Positions 40,157-52,179 of a DNA stretch of 64,000 nucleotides are shown in pieces (position 1 is the stretch's first letter; each line of letters starts with the position of its first letter). This DNA is from Malacoraja senta (taxonomy: Eukaryota): positions 10,232,001-10,296,000 of the forward strand of contig CM075993.1 of NCBI GenBank assembly GCA_038087875.1, read 5' to 3'. The notes under the pieces were generated by a model. That model saw only the letters and a list, made by a program, of their open reading frames with translations. It was not told where the DNA came from and made no database searches. The position numbers and the translations under genes were made by a program.

Positions 40157-40702
40157 CTGCAAGCTTGCTCATCCCAGACTTAATGTGAAAGGTTTCAGTC
40201 GGATCAGTGAGTGATGGGGTGAGGCATGGCAAAGAGGGAGCTGATGACTTATCGGGAGTTCTGTCGATATTTAACCAGATAATGGATGAATGGTTCTTTA
40301 TTATTACGTATGCACAGTGAACTTCTTGCACAGTTTGCCACATTTGCCGCCATGTCTAAAGTCGGGTTCACATGCTGGATGTACTGGAGCTCCCCGAATC
40401 AGGTAAGCCCAGGCTGCTGCAGGGCCCCCTCCATCACTCTCGGCCAGCTCGGGCAGAACCCTCTTCCACCTGGCACCGTGACCCGCGTGATGGCCAGCTT
40501 GGCCAGGCCCAGGAACAACCCAATCCTCGGTCCATAGAAAATAGGTGCAGGAGTAGGCCATTCGACCCTTCAAGCCAGCACTGCCATTCAATATGATCAT
40601 GGCTGATCATCCAAAATCAGTACCCCGTTCTTGCTTTTTCCTCATATCCCTTGATTCCGTTAGCCCTAAGAGCTTGAAGAGCTAAAGAGCTAATATCCGT
40701 TC

Positions 40703-41042
40703 TTGTTTGGCTCCGCGACGCATCGCAGGAACTTTCTGCTGCCGCCACCACGCTGTGCCTGTCAGTCCGTGTACAAGATGGCGGTCAGAGGGGAGAGTGG
40801 ACGCTGGCGCGAATTTGTCGCCGCTGCTCTCTCCTCAAATTGTGTTTCTTATTTTCTTTTGGTGCTCTTGAAATTGAATTCTGTCCTTGATTTGTGTACT
40901 GTGGTGTTTTTATATTTAATTTATTCCGATTATGTGTTTTGTATTTTTTTTTTTTTTTTTTTGATTCTATGCATTGTAAGGTGTCCTTGGGTTTTAGAAA
41001 GGCGCCAGTAAATAAAATGATTATTATTATTATTATTATTAT
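40703..41042 (+). mobile_element. Short retroelement with L2-type 3' stem-loop and (ATT)n tail
   Basis: tgtaaggtgtccttgggttttagaaaggcgcc...aataaaatgattattatt; 5' boundary uncertain. Confidence 0.5.
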
Positions 41043-41333
41043 CCAGGGATCTCAGTTTTACCATTCACATCTAGTCAACATTTGAAATATACATCAGCTG
41101 AGATTTCCTCTCCAATTTCAGCAATGTCACGGGCGTTTCACAGTCTATTTCGAATCCCTAGATTGTCATTGACAAGTATTTTTTTTAACTTAAGTCATTC
41201 ACAAAAGATATTTGTATAACTCTGCTGCGAATCAAGTCACCAATTCGAAATGTGACATTTCACAAGTGTGCTGGGACGGAAATCCTACTTGGCAACGATA
41301 ACTATGTTAGTGATATTGGATTAATTTGCTAAC

Positions 41334-41835
41334 TTACTTACTTCCTGCCTATGATGCCTCCTGGCATGTAGGGCAGCAACGAAGGTCCTCCACTCCTGTC
41401 TGTTCTGGGCTAGCTTCTGGACACTACCCCAGGTCAGGGCCATTGTTTTCATTTCCTCCTGTACAGTTCGACGGCAGGTGGTTTTGGGTCTCCCTCTTTT
41501 CCTTTTCCCCCCAGTGCCGGGCTATTCTTGGGATGCTGTCTGGTACATTCATCCCAACATCTGTCGATAGCCCTGGAAGTCCATCACGCCCAGTAGTGTT
41601 GGTTGCTTCAGTTGCTGTTTCTGTAACATATTTGTTTTACGAGACAGGGTTGTTAGCCCTGTGCTCAACCTCCAACCTGGAGGACCAGTGGATCGCTCTT
41701 AGTCTCGCCTCTATCCTTTGACCTGTCCAGCATGGGAGACCCTAACAGGAGACGAATCTCCCGCTGGCATAGCTCTAGGGGTCACTGAGACACACAAGCT
41801 CCCCGACCACGACAAGGTTGCAATCCAATGGGGAG
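41334..41835 (-). mobile_element. Internally deleted RTE-clade element (5'UTR fused to 3' end), (TAAG)n tail
   Basis: RTE-type 5' motif accttgtcgtggt...gagctatgcc; 3' gcccagaacagacaggagtggagg...(taag)n; 11-bp TSD aatttgctaac at 41323-41333 and 41836-41846. Confidence 0.75.
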
Positions 41836-42760
41836 AATTTGCTAACACCATCTGGGAATGTGAATCATACTGAAAGAATCTGTGGCAGACGCAAATGAGT
41901 GCGGGGGAATTCTTTGAACAAAATATGCCAGAATAAAATGCAGGAGCATTCTAACAAAGCAAGTTAAGACATGATTACAACATAATGGACCCATCGACAA
42001 GGACTGCTGATTCCCAGGACAAGTAAAAGTATAAAAGTGAGATGAAACCATTTCCAGACATTAAACTAGGAAGTTCTTGAAACTAAGAAGTCTGTGGAAT
42101 TCTCTGCCTCAGAAGCGGGTTCTCTGGATGCTTTCAAGAGAGAGCTAGATAGGGCTCTTAAAAATAGCGGAGTCAGGGGATATGGGGAGAAGGCAGGAAC
42201 GGGGTACTGATTGGGGATGATCAGCCATGATCACATTGATTGCGCTGCTGGCTCGAAGGGCCGAATGGCCTACTCCTGCACCTATTGTCTACTGTCTATT
42301 ATTCTGAACCTTTCAGTTTCAGAGATTTGGAAAAGGAATGATTCAAAATCATACCCTCAAGGTTACAGTTCCCTGGACTTCTTCCCAGGAGCAGCATTAA
42401 TATTTTGAAAACTTTATTTTGAAAATAAAATATAAAAATAGCATATATTTTTATAATGCTATATAAAAATAGCATAAATATAAAAAAGCATTACAAGATG
42501 AAATGGAAACCATTTTTCACAGGTTTTGACAGAGAGGTGAAGGTAGATTGGCAGTAAAGATGCATATTTGTGGTGATAGCTGACAACCTACTGATCTAAA
42601 TCAGATGTTTATAACAAGACAACTATACGGACTTCACGAAGATATATACAAAATGCTGCAGTCACTCAGCGGGTCAGGCAGCATCTCTGGAAAAAATAGG
42701 TGATGTTTCGGGTCGAGACACTTCTTCTAAACCGAAACGTCACCTGTTCCTTTTCTCCAG

Positions 42761-43381
42761 AGATGCTGCCTGACCCGCTGAGTCCACAGATGCTGCCTGA
42801 CCCGCTGAGTCCACAGATGCTGCCTGACCCGCTGAGTCCACAGATGCTGCCTGACCCGCTGAGTCCACAGATGCTGCCTGACCCGCTGAGTCCACAGATG
42901 CTGCCTGACCCGCTGAGTCCACAGATGCTCCCTGACCTGCTGAGTCCACAGATGCTGCCTGACCCGCTGAGTCCACAGATGCTGCCTGACCCGCTGAGTC
43001 CACAGATGCTGCCTGACCCGCTGAGTCCACAGATGCTGCCTGACCCGCTGAGTCCACAGATGCTGCCTGACCCGCTGAGTCCACAGATGTTCCCTGACCT
43101 GCTGAGTCCACAGATGCTGCCTGACCCGCTGAGTCCACAGATGCTGCCTGACCCGCTGAGTCCACAGATGCTGCCTGACCCGCTGAGTCCACAGATGCTG
43201 CCTGACCCGCTGAGTCCACAGATGCTGCCTGACCCGCTGAGTCCACAGATGCTGCCTGACCCGCTGAGTCCACAGATGCTGCCTGACCCGCTGAGTCCAC
43301 AGATGCTGCCTGACCCGCTGAGTCCACAGATGCTGCCTGACCCGCTCAGTCCGCAGATGCTGCCTGACCCGCTGAGTCCAC
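42761..43381 (+). repeat. Minisatellite, 23 x 27 bp (agatgctgcctgacccgctgagtccac)
   Basis: 621 bp = 23 x 27; variant units at 42923 and 43085; embedded in a Penelope tail. Confidence 0.97.
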
Positions 43382-44295
43382 ATTTTGCTGACCTGCATTT
43401 TGTGTCTGCCCTTGGTGTAAACCAGCATCTGCAGTTCCTTCCTACATGCCTCTGTGATGTCCCATCTCTTGTTGCTAATGCTCGAGGTGGGGGTCACTAA
43501 CTCTGCAGTGGAGCCATTTTATGATGCATGTTCCCAGGTCCACGTTCCTTCCTCTGGTAAGGGACTGCGATCTATATCAGACATTCCTTCATGCGGGAAT
43601 ACGTGACATTACTATGTGCAAGCTAGCTGTTGGATCAATCACAGCCTTCAAGTTGCACACATGATCTGCAGTGCAAAAATAACCATTTGTTTTTTAGTCA
43701 AATTGATTCATGAAATAAATATCAGCCACGAAAAAGGCTCAAACCTGCAAGGTCGTGTCCATTTCCCTCCACAAATGTTGCCTGACCTGCTGAGTTCCTC
43801 TTTGTTTCTTGGCCCAAGAACCCCGAATCTGCAGGTTCTGTGTCTCCACCAGGAATAACTCCCTTGTTCTTAGAGATAAGTGCCAGTACCTTTTGTGCTA
43901 ACCAGAGGCACCAGGCAGAACATTCCCCACTACAACATTTTATTGAAAAGCAGAAATCTCTGACTGTACAACATTCCCTCAGTGGCAGTTTGGATTTCTG
44001 TGCTTCTGTCTTTGAAAGGGGATTTGAATTCACAATCTTCTGATTCAGATAGCAGGCTACTACAACTGATATTTTTAGTTTAGTTTAGTTTAGAGATACA
44101 GTGTAGAAACAGGCTCTTCGGCCCACCAAGTCCACGGCGATTAACAATCACCCAAAAACTCGTTCTATCCGACACACTATGAAGAGTTTACAGTCACTAA
44201 TTAACCTACAAACCTGTACGTCTTTGGAATGTGGGAGGAAACCAGAGCATCCAGCGGAAACCCAGGCAAAAATGTGCAAACTCCACGCACACAAC

Positions 44296-44603
44296 CAAAG
44301 ATCCTATAGCGGAGCAAGATAGACCACTCCTGCTAAATGCAATGGGCTGACGTGTAGTACGCAACGGAACGGAAGCCTTTTTTCCATCCATTTCCGTAAC
44401 CGATCCCTACCCGACCCGCAGTGTAATCTTTTATTTTTATGAGGATGTTTCCTAACCGTCTTCCATCTCCGCACTATTATCCTATGGGATCTTTGGTGCG
44501 GAGACGGAAGCTGGTTACGGAAATGGGTTACCCATGAATCTGCCCATGACCGTACTACGTCTTTTTCGTCGAGTGGACTATCTTGCTCGCCATAGGATCT
44601 TTG
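44296..44603. mobile_element. hAT-type MITE (308 bp) inserted in an HE1 SINE
   Basis: Imperfect ~33-bp TIRs (caaagatcctatagcggagcaagatag / ctatcttgctcgccataggatctttg); 8-bp TSD cacacaac at 44288-44295 and 44604-44611. Confidence 0.88.
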
Positions 44604-46556
44604 CACACAACACCCAAGGTCAGGATCGAACCTGGGTCTTTGGTACAGTAAGGCAGCAACTATACTGCTGCACCACTGTGCCGTCCACTTCTGTGAGGCT
44701 GCCGATCCGATCCGACCCACCCATTGGACAAGATTTGCCAAGAGATTGGAAAGAGGAAGGGTCCTGAAATGAAACGTCATTGATCCATTTTCCCCAGGGA
44801 TGCTGCCTCACCCGCTGAGTTATGCCGGTACTCCGTGTTCTGACCCATGATTAAGTTGATACCAAATCTACATTGCTTTGTTGATGTGGGAGACTACAGG
44901 GCAGACGCCTCCCGGCATGCTGCAGGGTGGCTGAGGCCAGAGCCCCGCGGGTCGGTGCCCGCGCCTGATGGAGCCCATGGTCGCAGCCCGCGCGCCGCGA
45001 GGCGATGGAGCCTACGGGTGGTGCCTGGGTCGGTGCCATGGAGGCGTCCGGAGAGGACCCGGCAGCGACAATGGAGAGGTCGGTGCGGCGGTTGATGGGG
45101 GCGCCAACCGACGGACAAGGACGAACACGTGGAGTGAGGACGGCGCTGCCGAGGGAACGAACAAAGGAGGACCCGGCGTGGGGGAGGGGGAAGAGCAACG
45201 GGGACCCGGCGTGGGGGGGGGAAGTGGGGGGGTGGGGGAAGCACAAAGAGGGAACTGTCGCAGGAAGGGAGGGGGGGTTTGTAACTTTGTACGCACCCTT
45301 TATGGACGACTATTTGCATACCTTAGCAAAGCATGCACGCAAAGAATTTTGCTGTGACTTGTCACATGTGACAATAAGGTATTCAATGGAATTAAACTAC
45401 AGATGCTGGAATCTGGAGCAAAAACCTAAACTGCTGGAATCTGCATTTCTAGTAGAAGTTTTAACTGTCGTACTTGTGCTTTTTGCAAAACCTTTAACTC
45501 CAACATTCCATCTGCGTTTCTTTGAAGATTATTCCTTTGATTTCCAATGACCACGTAATTGGATGTGAGCACGAGTGATTGATGTTACCGAGTCCTATAC
45601 TTGAATGGGTACCTAGTTATCAATGCCTTGATTTTAAAGTTCATGTACGTGCATTGAAATCCTTCATGGGTCTCACCCCTCATATCACTGTTACCGTCTG
45701 CAGCCCCTCGAGGCTCATATCTGTGTTCCTCCAATTCTGACCTCTTGTGCATGTACGAGTTTAAATTCTCCAACGTCACTAAATCCTTTTTATCTCCTTC
45801 AAAGTTGTTTTGAAAATCCACCACTCGTTTCACGTTATGTTTTGTGTTGGTCCTGTAACATTGCATGGACGTTTTAGTAAAGGTGTAAAAATAAAAGTAA
45901 AACTGAAGCTTATTAATCTATTCTATGATTTTTGTGGACATGACGGGTGGTGCAGTGGTGGAGTTGCTGCCTTGCAGCACCAGAGACCCGGGTTGGATCC
46001 TGACTACAGGAGCTGTCTATAGGGAGTTTGTACGATCTCCTTGTGACCGTGTGAGATTTCTCTGGGTACTCCGGTTTACTCCCACATTACAAAACATGTA
46101 CAGGTTTGCAGGTTAATTATCTTCAGTGAAATGTATATTGTCCCTTGTGTGTAGGATAGTGCTAGTACAGGGTGATCTCGTTGGGCCAAAGGGCCTGTTT
46201 CCGTGCTGTATTTCTACGTTTAAAAAAAAGACTGCCTGAGCAAGGTGACTGAGTGTAGAAAGCAAGGTGCGGTTGCTGCATTGAGTAAATTAATTTTCCA
46301 TATTATGGTTTAGGAACATGCACATGTTTCTTGTTTGGTTTAGAGATACAGCGCGGAAACCGTTCTTTCGGCTCACCGGGTTCGCACCGACCAACAATCC
46401 CCCCACACTCACACTATCCTGCACACACTAGGGACAATTTACATTTATACCAAGCCAATTAACCTGCAAAATGTATATCTTTGGAGTGTGGGAGGAAACC
46501 AAAGAGCTCAGAGAAAACCTACGCAGGTCACAGGGAGAACGTACAAACTCCGTACA

Positions 46557-47319
46557 TAATCACAATCATACTTTATTAGCCAAATGTTTTGCAACATTTG
46601 AGGAATTTCATTTGCCAAGTCAGTCATACAAATAAAAAGCAACGGAACACACAAAACACATTTTAACATAAACATCCATCACAGTGACTCCTCCACATTC
46701 CTCACTGTGATGGAAGGCGAAAAAAAGTTCAATCTTTTCCCTTTGCTCTTCCGCAGTCGGGGGCCTCGAGCCCTCCGTTGACAGGATGATCTTGACTCCT
46801 GTAGCCTGCAGCGTTTGGCCCTCCGCGTCGAGGCAATCAGCTCCTGCATCGGGAGGATGTCAGCTCCCCCACGCCAGATGAACGAACCTCGCGTCGGGGC
46901 TGGTCGAACCTTCCATGACATTGGAGCTCCCGACATCCACGGCATCTCCAGAGACTGTGAGGCCCCGATGTAAAGATTGCAGGCCGCTGTAGGAGCGATC
47001 CCAGGCAAGGGATAGACTCCGATGTAAGTCCATGCCCCGCAGTGGGACCCAATGTCAGTCCGAGGAGGCCTCCAGCACCATCAATGGTAGGCCGCAGAGC
47101 GACCGGAGAATGCGATCCAAAAATGAATCGCATCTCCGGCAAGGTAAGAAACTGAAAGAAAAAGTTTCCTCCGACCCCTCCCCCTTCCCCCACATAAAAC
47201 AAACCAGAGAACATTTACACAAACTTTTAACACACACTAAAATTTTTTAAAAAGACAAAAAAACTGACTGTTGGCGGGGCTCTGTACCAGCAGGGGCAAT
47301 CGTACAGCGCCCCCTGGTG
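46557..47319 (-). mobile_element. Unclassified GC-rich non-autonomous retroelement inserted in an HE1 SINE
   Basis: Host SINE resumes after the insertion; 5-bp direct repeat gtaca at 46552-46556 and 47320-47324; 12-bp perfect stem at 46676-46713; AATAAA plus short-repeat tail on the minus strand. Confidence 0.65.
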
Positions 47320-47320
47320 G
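47307..47320 (-). promoter_or_regulatory. Consensus CTCF-binding motif CCACCAGGGGGCGC
   Basis: Plus strand gcgccccctggtgg is an exact match to the vertebrate CTCF core consensus; binding not demonstrated. Confidence 0.5.
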
Positions 47321-47616
47321 TACAGACCTGTAGTTAGGATCGAACCCGGGTCTCTGGCGCTGTAAGGCAGCAGGTCTACCGATACGCCATCGTGCCAATG
47401 ATACAATGTAGTCAAAAATAAATTGCTGGAAGAACTCTGCTGCATCTGTGGAAGCAAAAGGGACTGCGTCAGGACTTGAATTACAACCTTTCTCCAGTGG
47501 TTTAATTTTTGCTCCAGATTGCAGCATCTGCAGCCTCCTGTGCCTCTGACGTTGGGAAGTAATTTGATGGTGACGTTTACCTTTCACTGACTCTGTGAAG
47601 ATGGTTTCTGAGCCCA

Positions 47617-49780
47617 GTCTCCAACGCACCCCCTCCTCGTGGAACCCCCCTCGTAGCCTTCCGTCTTTAGAACTCTTCATCAAAAACTGCCGCTGTGACA
47701 TCAACCGCCTCAACTTCTCCACTCCCCTGTCTCACTCCAATCTCTCCCCCCCTGAACGCACTGCCATCGACTCACTCCGCAACAACCTAGATTGGGTTAT
47801 CAAACCCGCCGACAAGGGAGGTGCCGTGGTAGTCTGGCGCGTCGATCTCTACAAAGCTGAGGCCACGCGCCAACTCTCGGACACCTCCTCCTACTTACCC
47901 CTGGACCATGACCCCACTGACGAGCACCAGGCCACCATCTCCAGCACCATCACCGACTTCATCCACTCCCACGCCCTGCCCGACCGAGCCTCCAACCTCA
48001 TCGTTCCCCAGCCCCGCACGGCCCGATTTTACCTTCTCCCCAAAATCCACAAACCTGACTGTCCCGGTAGACCCATTGTCTCTGCCTGTTCGTGCCCCAC
48101 CGAACTCATCTCCGCCTACCTCGACTCCATCCTATCCCCCTTGGTTAAATCCCTCCCTACCTATGTTCAAGACACCTCAGACACTCTCCGTCATCTCCGC
48201 GCATTCCACTCTCTAGGCCCTCACCCCCTCATCTTCACCATGGACGTCCAGTCATTGTACACCTCCATCCCCCACCAGGATGGTCTCGAAGCCCTTCGTT
48301 TTTTCCTCGACCGAAGAAGCAACCTATACCCGGCCACTGACACACTCCTCCGCCTAGCGGAGCTGGTCCTTACCCTCAATAACTTCTCATTTGACTCCTC
48401 CCATTTCCTCCAAATACAAGGCGTAGCTATGGGCACACGCATGGGCCCCAGCTACGCCTGCCTCTTTGTCGGGTACGTAGAACAATCCTTGTTCAATGCG
48501 TACCAGGGCCCCATCCCCGACCTCTACCTCCGCTACATCGATGACTGTTTTGGTGCCACCTCCTGCACCCACACACAACTGACTAACTTCATCCGCTTCA
48601 CCACCAACTTCCATCCGGCACTCAAATACACCTGGACCATTTCCCACACTTCCCTACCATTCCTTGACCTCACTATCTCCATCGCAGGTGATAGACTTCT
48701 TACCGACATCCACTACAAACCTACCGACTCCCATGGCTATCTGGACTACACTTCTTCCCACCGTGCTTCCTGTAAGGACTCCATCCCCCACTCCCAATTC
48801 CTCCGTCTACGCCGCATCTGCTCCCAAGATGAGGCGTTCCACACCAGGGCATCCGAAATGTCCTCATTCTTCAGGGAACGGGGGTTCCCCTCCTCCACCA
48901 TAGATGAGGCTCGCACCAGGGTCTCTGCCATACCCCGCAACACTGCTCTCTCTCCCCATCCCCCCCACTCACAACAAGGGCAGAGTCCCCTAGTCCTCAC
49001 CTTTCACCCCACCAGCCGTCACATACAACAAGTGATCCTCCATCAGTTTCGCCACCTCCAACGTGACCCCACCACTCGCCACATCTTCCCATCTCCCCCC
49101 ATGTCTGCCTTCCGCAAAGACCGCTCCCTCTGTAACTCCCTTGTCAATTCTTCCCTTCCCTCCCGTACCACTCCCTCCCCGGGTACTTTCCCTTGCAACC
49201 GCAAGAGATGCAACACTTGTCCCTTCACCTCCCCCCTCGACTCCATTCAAGGACCTAAGCAGTCGTTCCAGGTGCGACAGAGGTTCACCTGCATCTCCTC
49301 CAACCTCATCTATTGCATCCGCTGCTCTAGATGCCAGCTGATGTACATCGGTGAGACCAAGCGGAGGCTTGGCGATCGTTTCGCCGAACACCTCCGGTCG
49401 GTCCGCAATAACCAACCTGACCTCCCGGTGGCTCAGCACTTCAACTCCCCCTCCCATTCCGTATCTGACCTCTCTGTCCTGGGTCTCCTCCATGGCCACA
49501 GCGAGCCACACCGGAAATTGGAGGAAATGCACCTACATCCTGGGGGCTTGAACATTGAATTCTCCCAATTCTGCTAGCCCTTGCTGTCCCCTCCCCTTCA
49601 TCAGCCCTCTGGTTGTCTCCTCCCCTCCCCCAGCCCTCGGGCTCCTCCTCCACCTTTTTTCCATTCTTCTCCCCACCCCCTATCTGTCTGAAGAAGGGTT
49701 TCGGCCCGAAACGTTGCCTATTTCCTTCGCTCCATAGATGCTGCTGCACCCGCTGAGTTTCTCCAGCATTTTTGTGTACC
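47617..49780 (+). mobile_element. Penelope-like retroelement, 5'-truncated; RT plus GIY-YIG ORF (47595-49577) and hammerhead-bearing tail
   Basis: IKPADKGGAVVV, PKIHKPDCPGRPIVS, GVAMGT, YIDD, NLIYCIRC..C..YIGET; small in-frame deletion after KLEE. Confidence 0.93.
49686..49717 (+). ncRNA. Minimal hammerhead-ribozyme-like motif in the Penelope tail
   Basis: CUGAAGA-A-GGGU(UUCG)GCCC-GAAA-CG-UU: both core boxes, a tetraloop-capped stem II and a palindromic vestigial stem III, as described for PLE-associated hammerheads. Activity unknown. Confidence 0.65.
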
Positions 49781-51588
49781 TGCCTTCAACTCTGCTGTGT
49801 GAGTTCTGTGTGGAGATGGCCTGTTGCAGATTTTTCATCGGTTTGTTATTGGAATATTTTGAAAACCACAAATCAAACATAGTCATGGACGAAATTTGGA
49901 AACGGCTAGAATGTCCCAAATTGCTACATATTTTGTGAAGTTTAACTTGACCTGGCGTGGGATCTTTCCCAGATGAAAATTTACGTGTCATAAACAACTT
50001 TCATCAATTTGGGATAACATTCTCCTCAGTGCTTGCTGCCTTTGAGGTGTTGTAAATCTTTTTCAAAGTTTTCGGCAACAAAGTTTTAAATGTTTGGCTG
50101 GAGTGTATTTAGGTTATTGTCAGAATGAGGTGGGATTTATGCAGTGTCTGTACTCGCTCACCATAAACCCTGCAGAAACAGTGTAAAGAGACAAGTACAT
50201 AGGAAGACAGAGTCACCAGAGCAAAGACTAACAAGGAACTGTCGGCTTATCAAAAAAGTAAAGGAATTGGTCCTAAATTCTACAATCCAGATCTTTCTGA
50301 AATGAGTGGAGAAGCATCCTTGTGAGGGTTATATAACAGCAACCAATCTACACTAGATCAAGCAATGCTACAAAGCAAAAGACTTGGCTGAGCAGGTGGT
50401 TGGAGTTCCAGAGGTAGCAAAGAGGTGAGGCTTGGTTTCTGATCCAAAGCAGCTGTTGCCTAGCAGAGACACAAGGAACTGCAGCTGCTGGTTTACACAA
50501 AAAGACACAAAGTGCTGGAGTTACTGTCCTCCCTAAGCCCTGTTACAGAGAGCTAAGGGTGTGCCCTGGATTTTCCCTCCTGGATTAAATAAAGTTCTAT
50601 CATATCGTAAAATAAATAAAATAAAATAATAATGAATAAATAAATACATGTTTCATGTGTTTTGTGTTTTATGACTGTTGGCAGATCAATTTTCCTCCAG
50701 GATAATTAAAGTTCTATCATTTCGTATCGTGTCAGTCAAGAGGTTATCAGAAAGTTGGCACAGAGGGAAAAGATCGGCCTTAATGAAGTCAGGTCAAAGG
50801 AATGGCCCTGTTCTGCTTCTTTTCCCTGTGTTCAACCTATTGGTTTTGATTAAGATAGTGGAAGTCTTGGCTAGAGTGGTAGACAAAAGTGCTGGAGAAA
50901 CTCAACGGGTGCAGCAGCATCTATGGAGCGAAGGAAATAGGCAACGTTTCGGGCCGAAACCCTTCTTCAGGGTACCAGGGCCCATCCCCGACCTCTATTT
51001 AAATACCATTTGGCTGAGTGGATGTGGAGAGGATGTTTCCACTACTGGAAGAGTCTAAACTCAGAATAAAATGACGTACCTTTTGAAAGATGAGGAGGAA
51101 TTTCTTTAGTCAGAGGGTGGTGAATCTGTGGCACTCATTATCACAGAAGGCTGTGGAGGCCAAGTCAATGGATATTTTTAAGGTGGAGATTGATAGATTG
51201 TTGATTAGTGTGTGTGTCAGGGGTTATGCGGAGGAGGCACGGGAATGGGTTGAGAGGGAGAGATAAATCAACCATGATTGAATGGCGGAGTAGACGATGG
51301 GCCAAATGGCCCAATTCTGCTGCTATAACCTGAACGTGAAGTGAAACTAGATATTTTATTGCAATCCATGTGGAAAAATGATCACAAATGCAGAGAGCAC
51401 ACTTTATACATTTTGATGGCATCATATAGTCTATAATTTTCCAGATTCTGAGGACCATAGTTCAAAATCTTAAAGTTATTTCATATCTCTGGAAGCGATT
51501 CCAAGAAGGCGAGTGCATTAATACCCAATTTAAAGACCCTTAGTTACTATGTTGCTAGGTGGACTGATTTATTTTGAAGGGGCTTTGA

Positions 51589-51963
51589 TGATCAAAGGCT
51601 GTCTCCAATAGATTTGAACTAGATTAGTAAAGGCCAGAGCACTAAAAGTCAGCAGGGCATTTTATCAACAAAGGTATAATTAGTGTTATTGTTTGCTGGA
51701 GCAGTGAGTGTAGATTCACTGGAGGCGAATATTACAAAACATAAAGAATTATGATCAACAAACTTCATGGTCAACCTTGCATCTCAGAATGGATCTTAAT
51801 CAAAGTGGATGTCAGATGTGAACTTCCCAGAGTTTGTTTTTTCTCTTTAGTTAGTTTAAATTAGTTTGCGTTTTAAATCAGTGTTAACTTATCTCAAGAG
51901 TTTATACATCTAGTGGTGGATGGGACTATTGAAGGACACAGTGCTTGGCTACAATACACTTGA
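51589..51963 (+). repeat. Left copy of ~375-bp direct duplication flanking L1
   Basis: tgatcaaaggctgtctcc...acaatacacttga recurs at 55857-56227. Confidence 0.92.
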
Positions 51964-52179
51964 TGCATTCGATCAGGTGGAATGGAATACCTTTTTAAAG
52001 TATTACAAAAATTCAAATGGGAGATAATTTTATCCTATGGATAAAATTACTATATGATAAGCCAACGGCTAGAATACTGACTAATAACATACTATCTCAG
52101 AAATTTCAACTATCCAGGGGCAATAGACAGGGATGCGCTTTATCACCCCTTCTATTTGCCCTGGTGATTGAGCCCTTAG

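Noticed and set aside
41760..41835. HDV-like ribozyme at the RTE 5' end
   Set aside because: A ctcccc/ggggag stem and an acc-ttgtcgt-ggt hairpin exist, but I could not build convincing P1.1 and P2 pairings by eye; needs a covariance-model search.
42700..43500. Long repetitive ORFs (MLPDPLSPQ)n, (WTQRVRQHL)n and a CRISPR-like appearance
   Set aside because: Head-to-tail 27-bp units without spacers; ORFs arise because the period is a multiple of 3; derived from a Penelope tail.
44896..45300. CpG-island promoter of a downstream gene
   Set aside because: The GC-rich block runs into a retroelement-type tail (similar to ~21710-21810 reversed) and no exon is evident; more likely a repeat.
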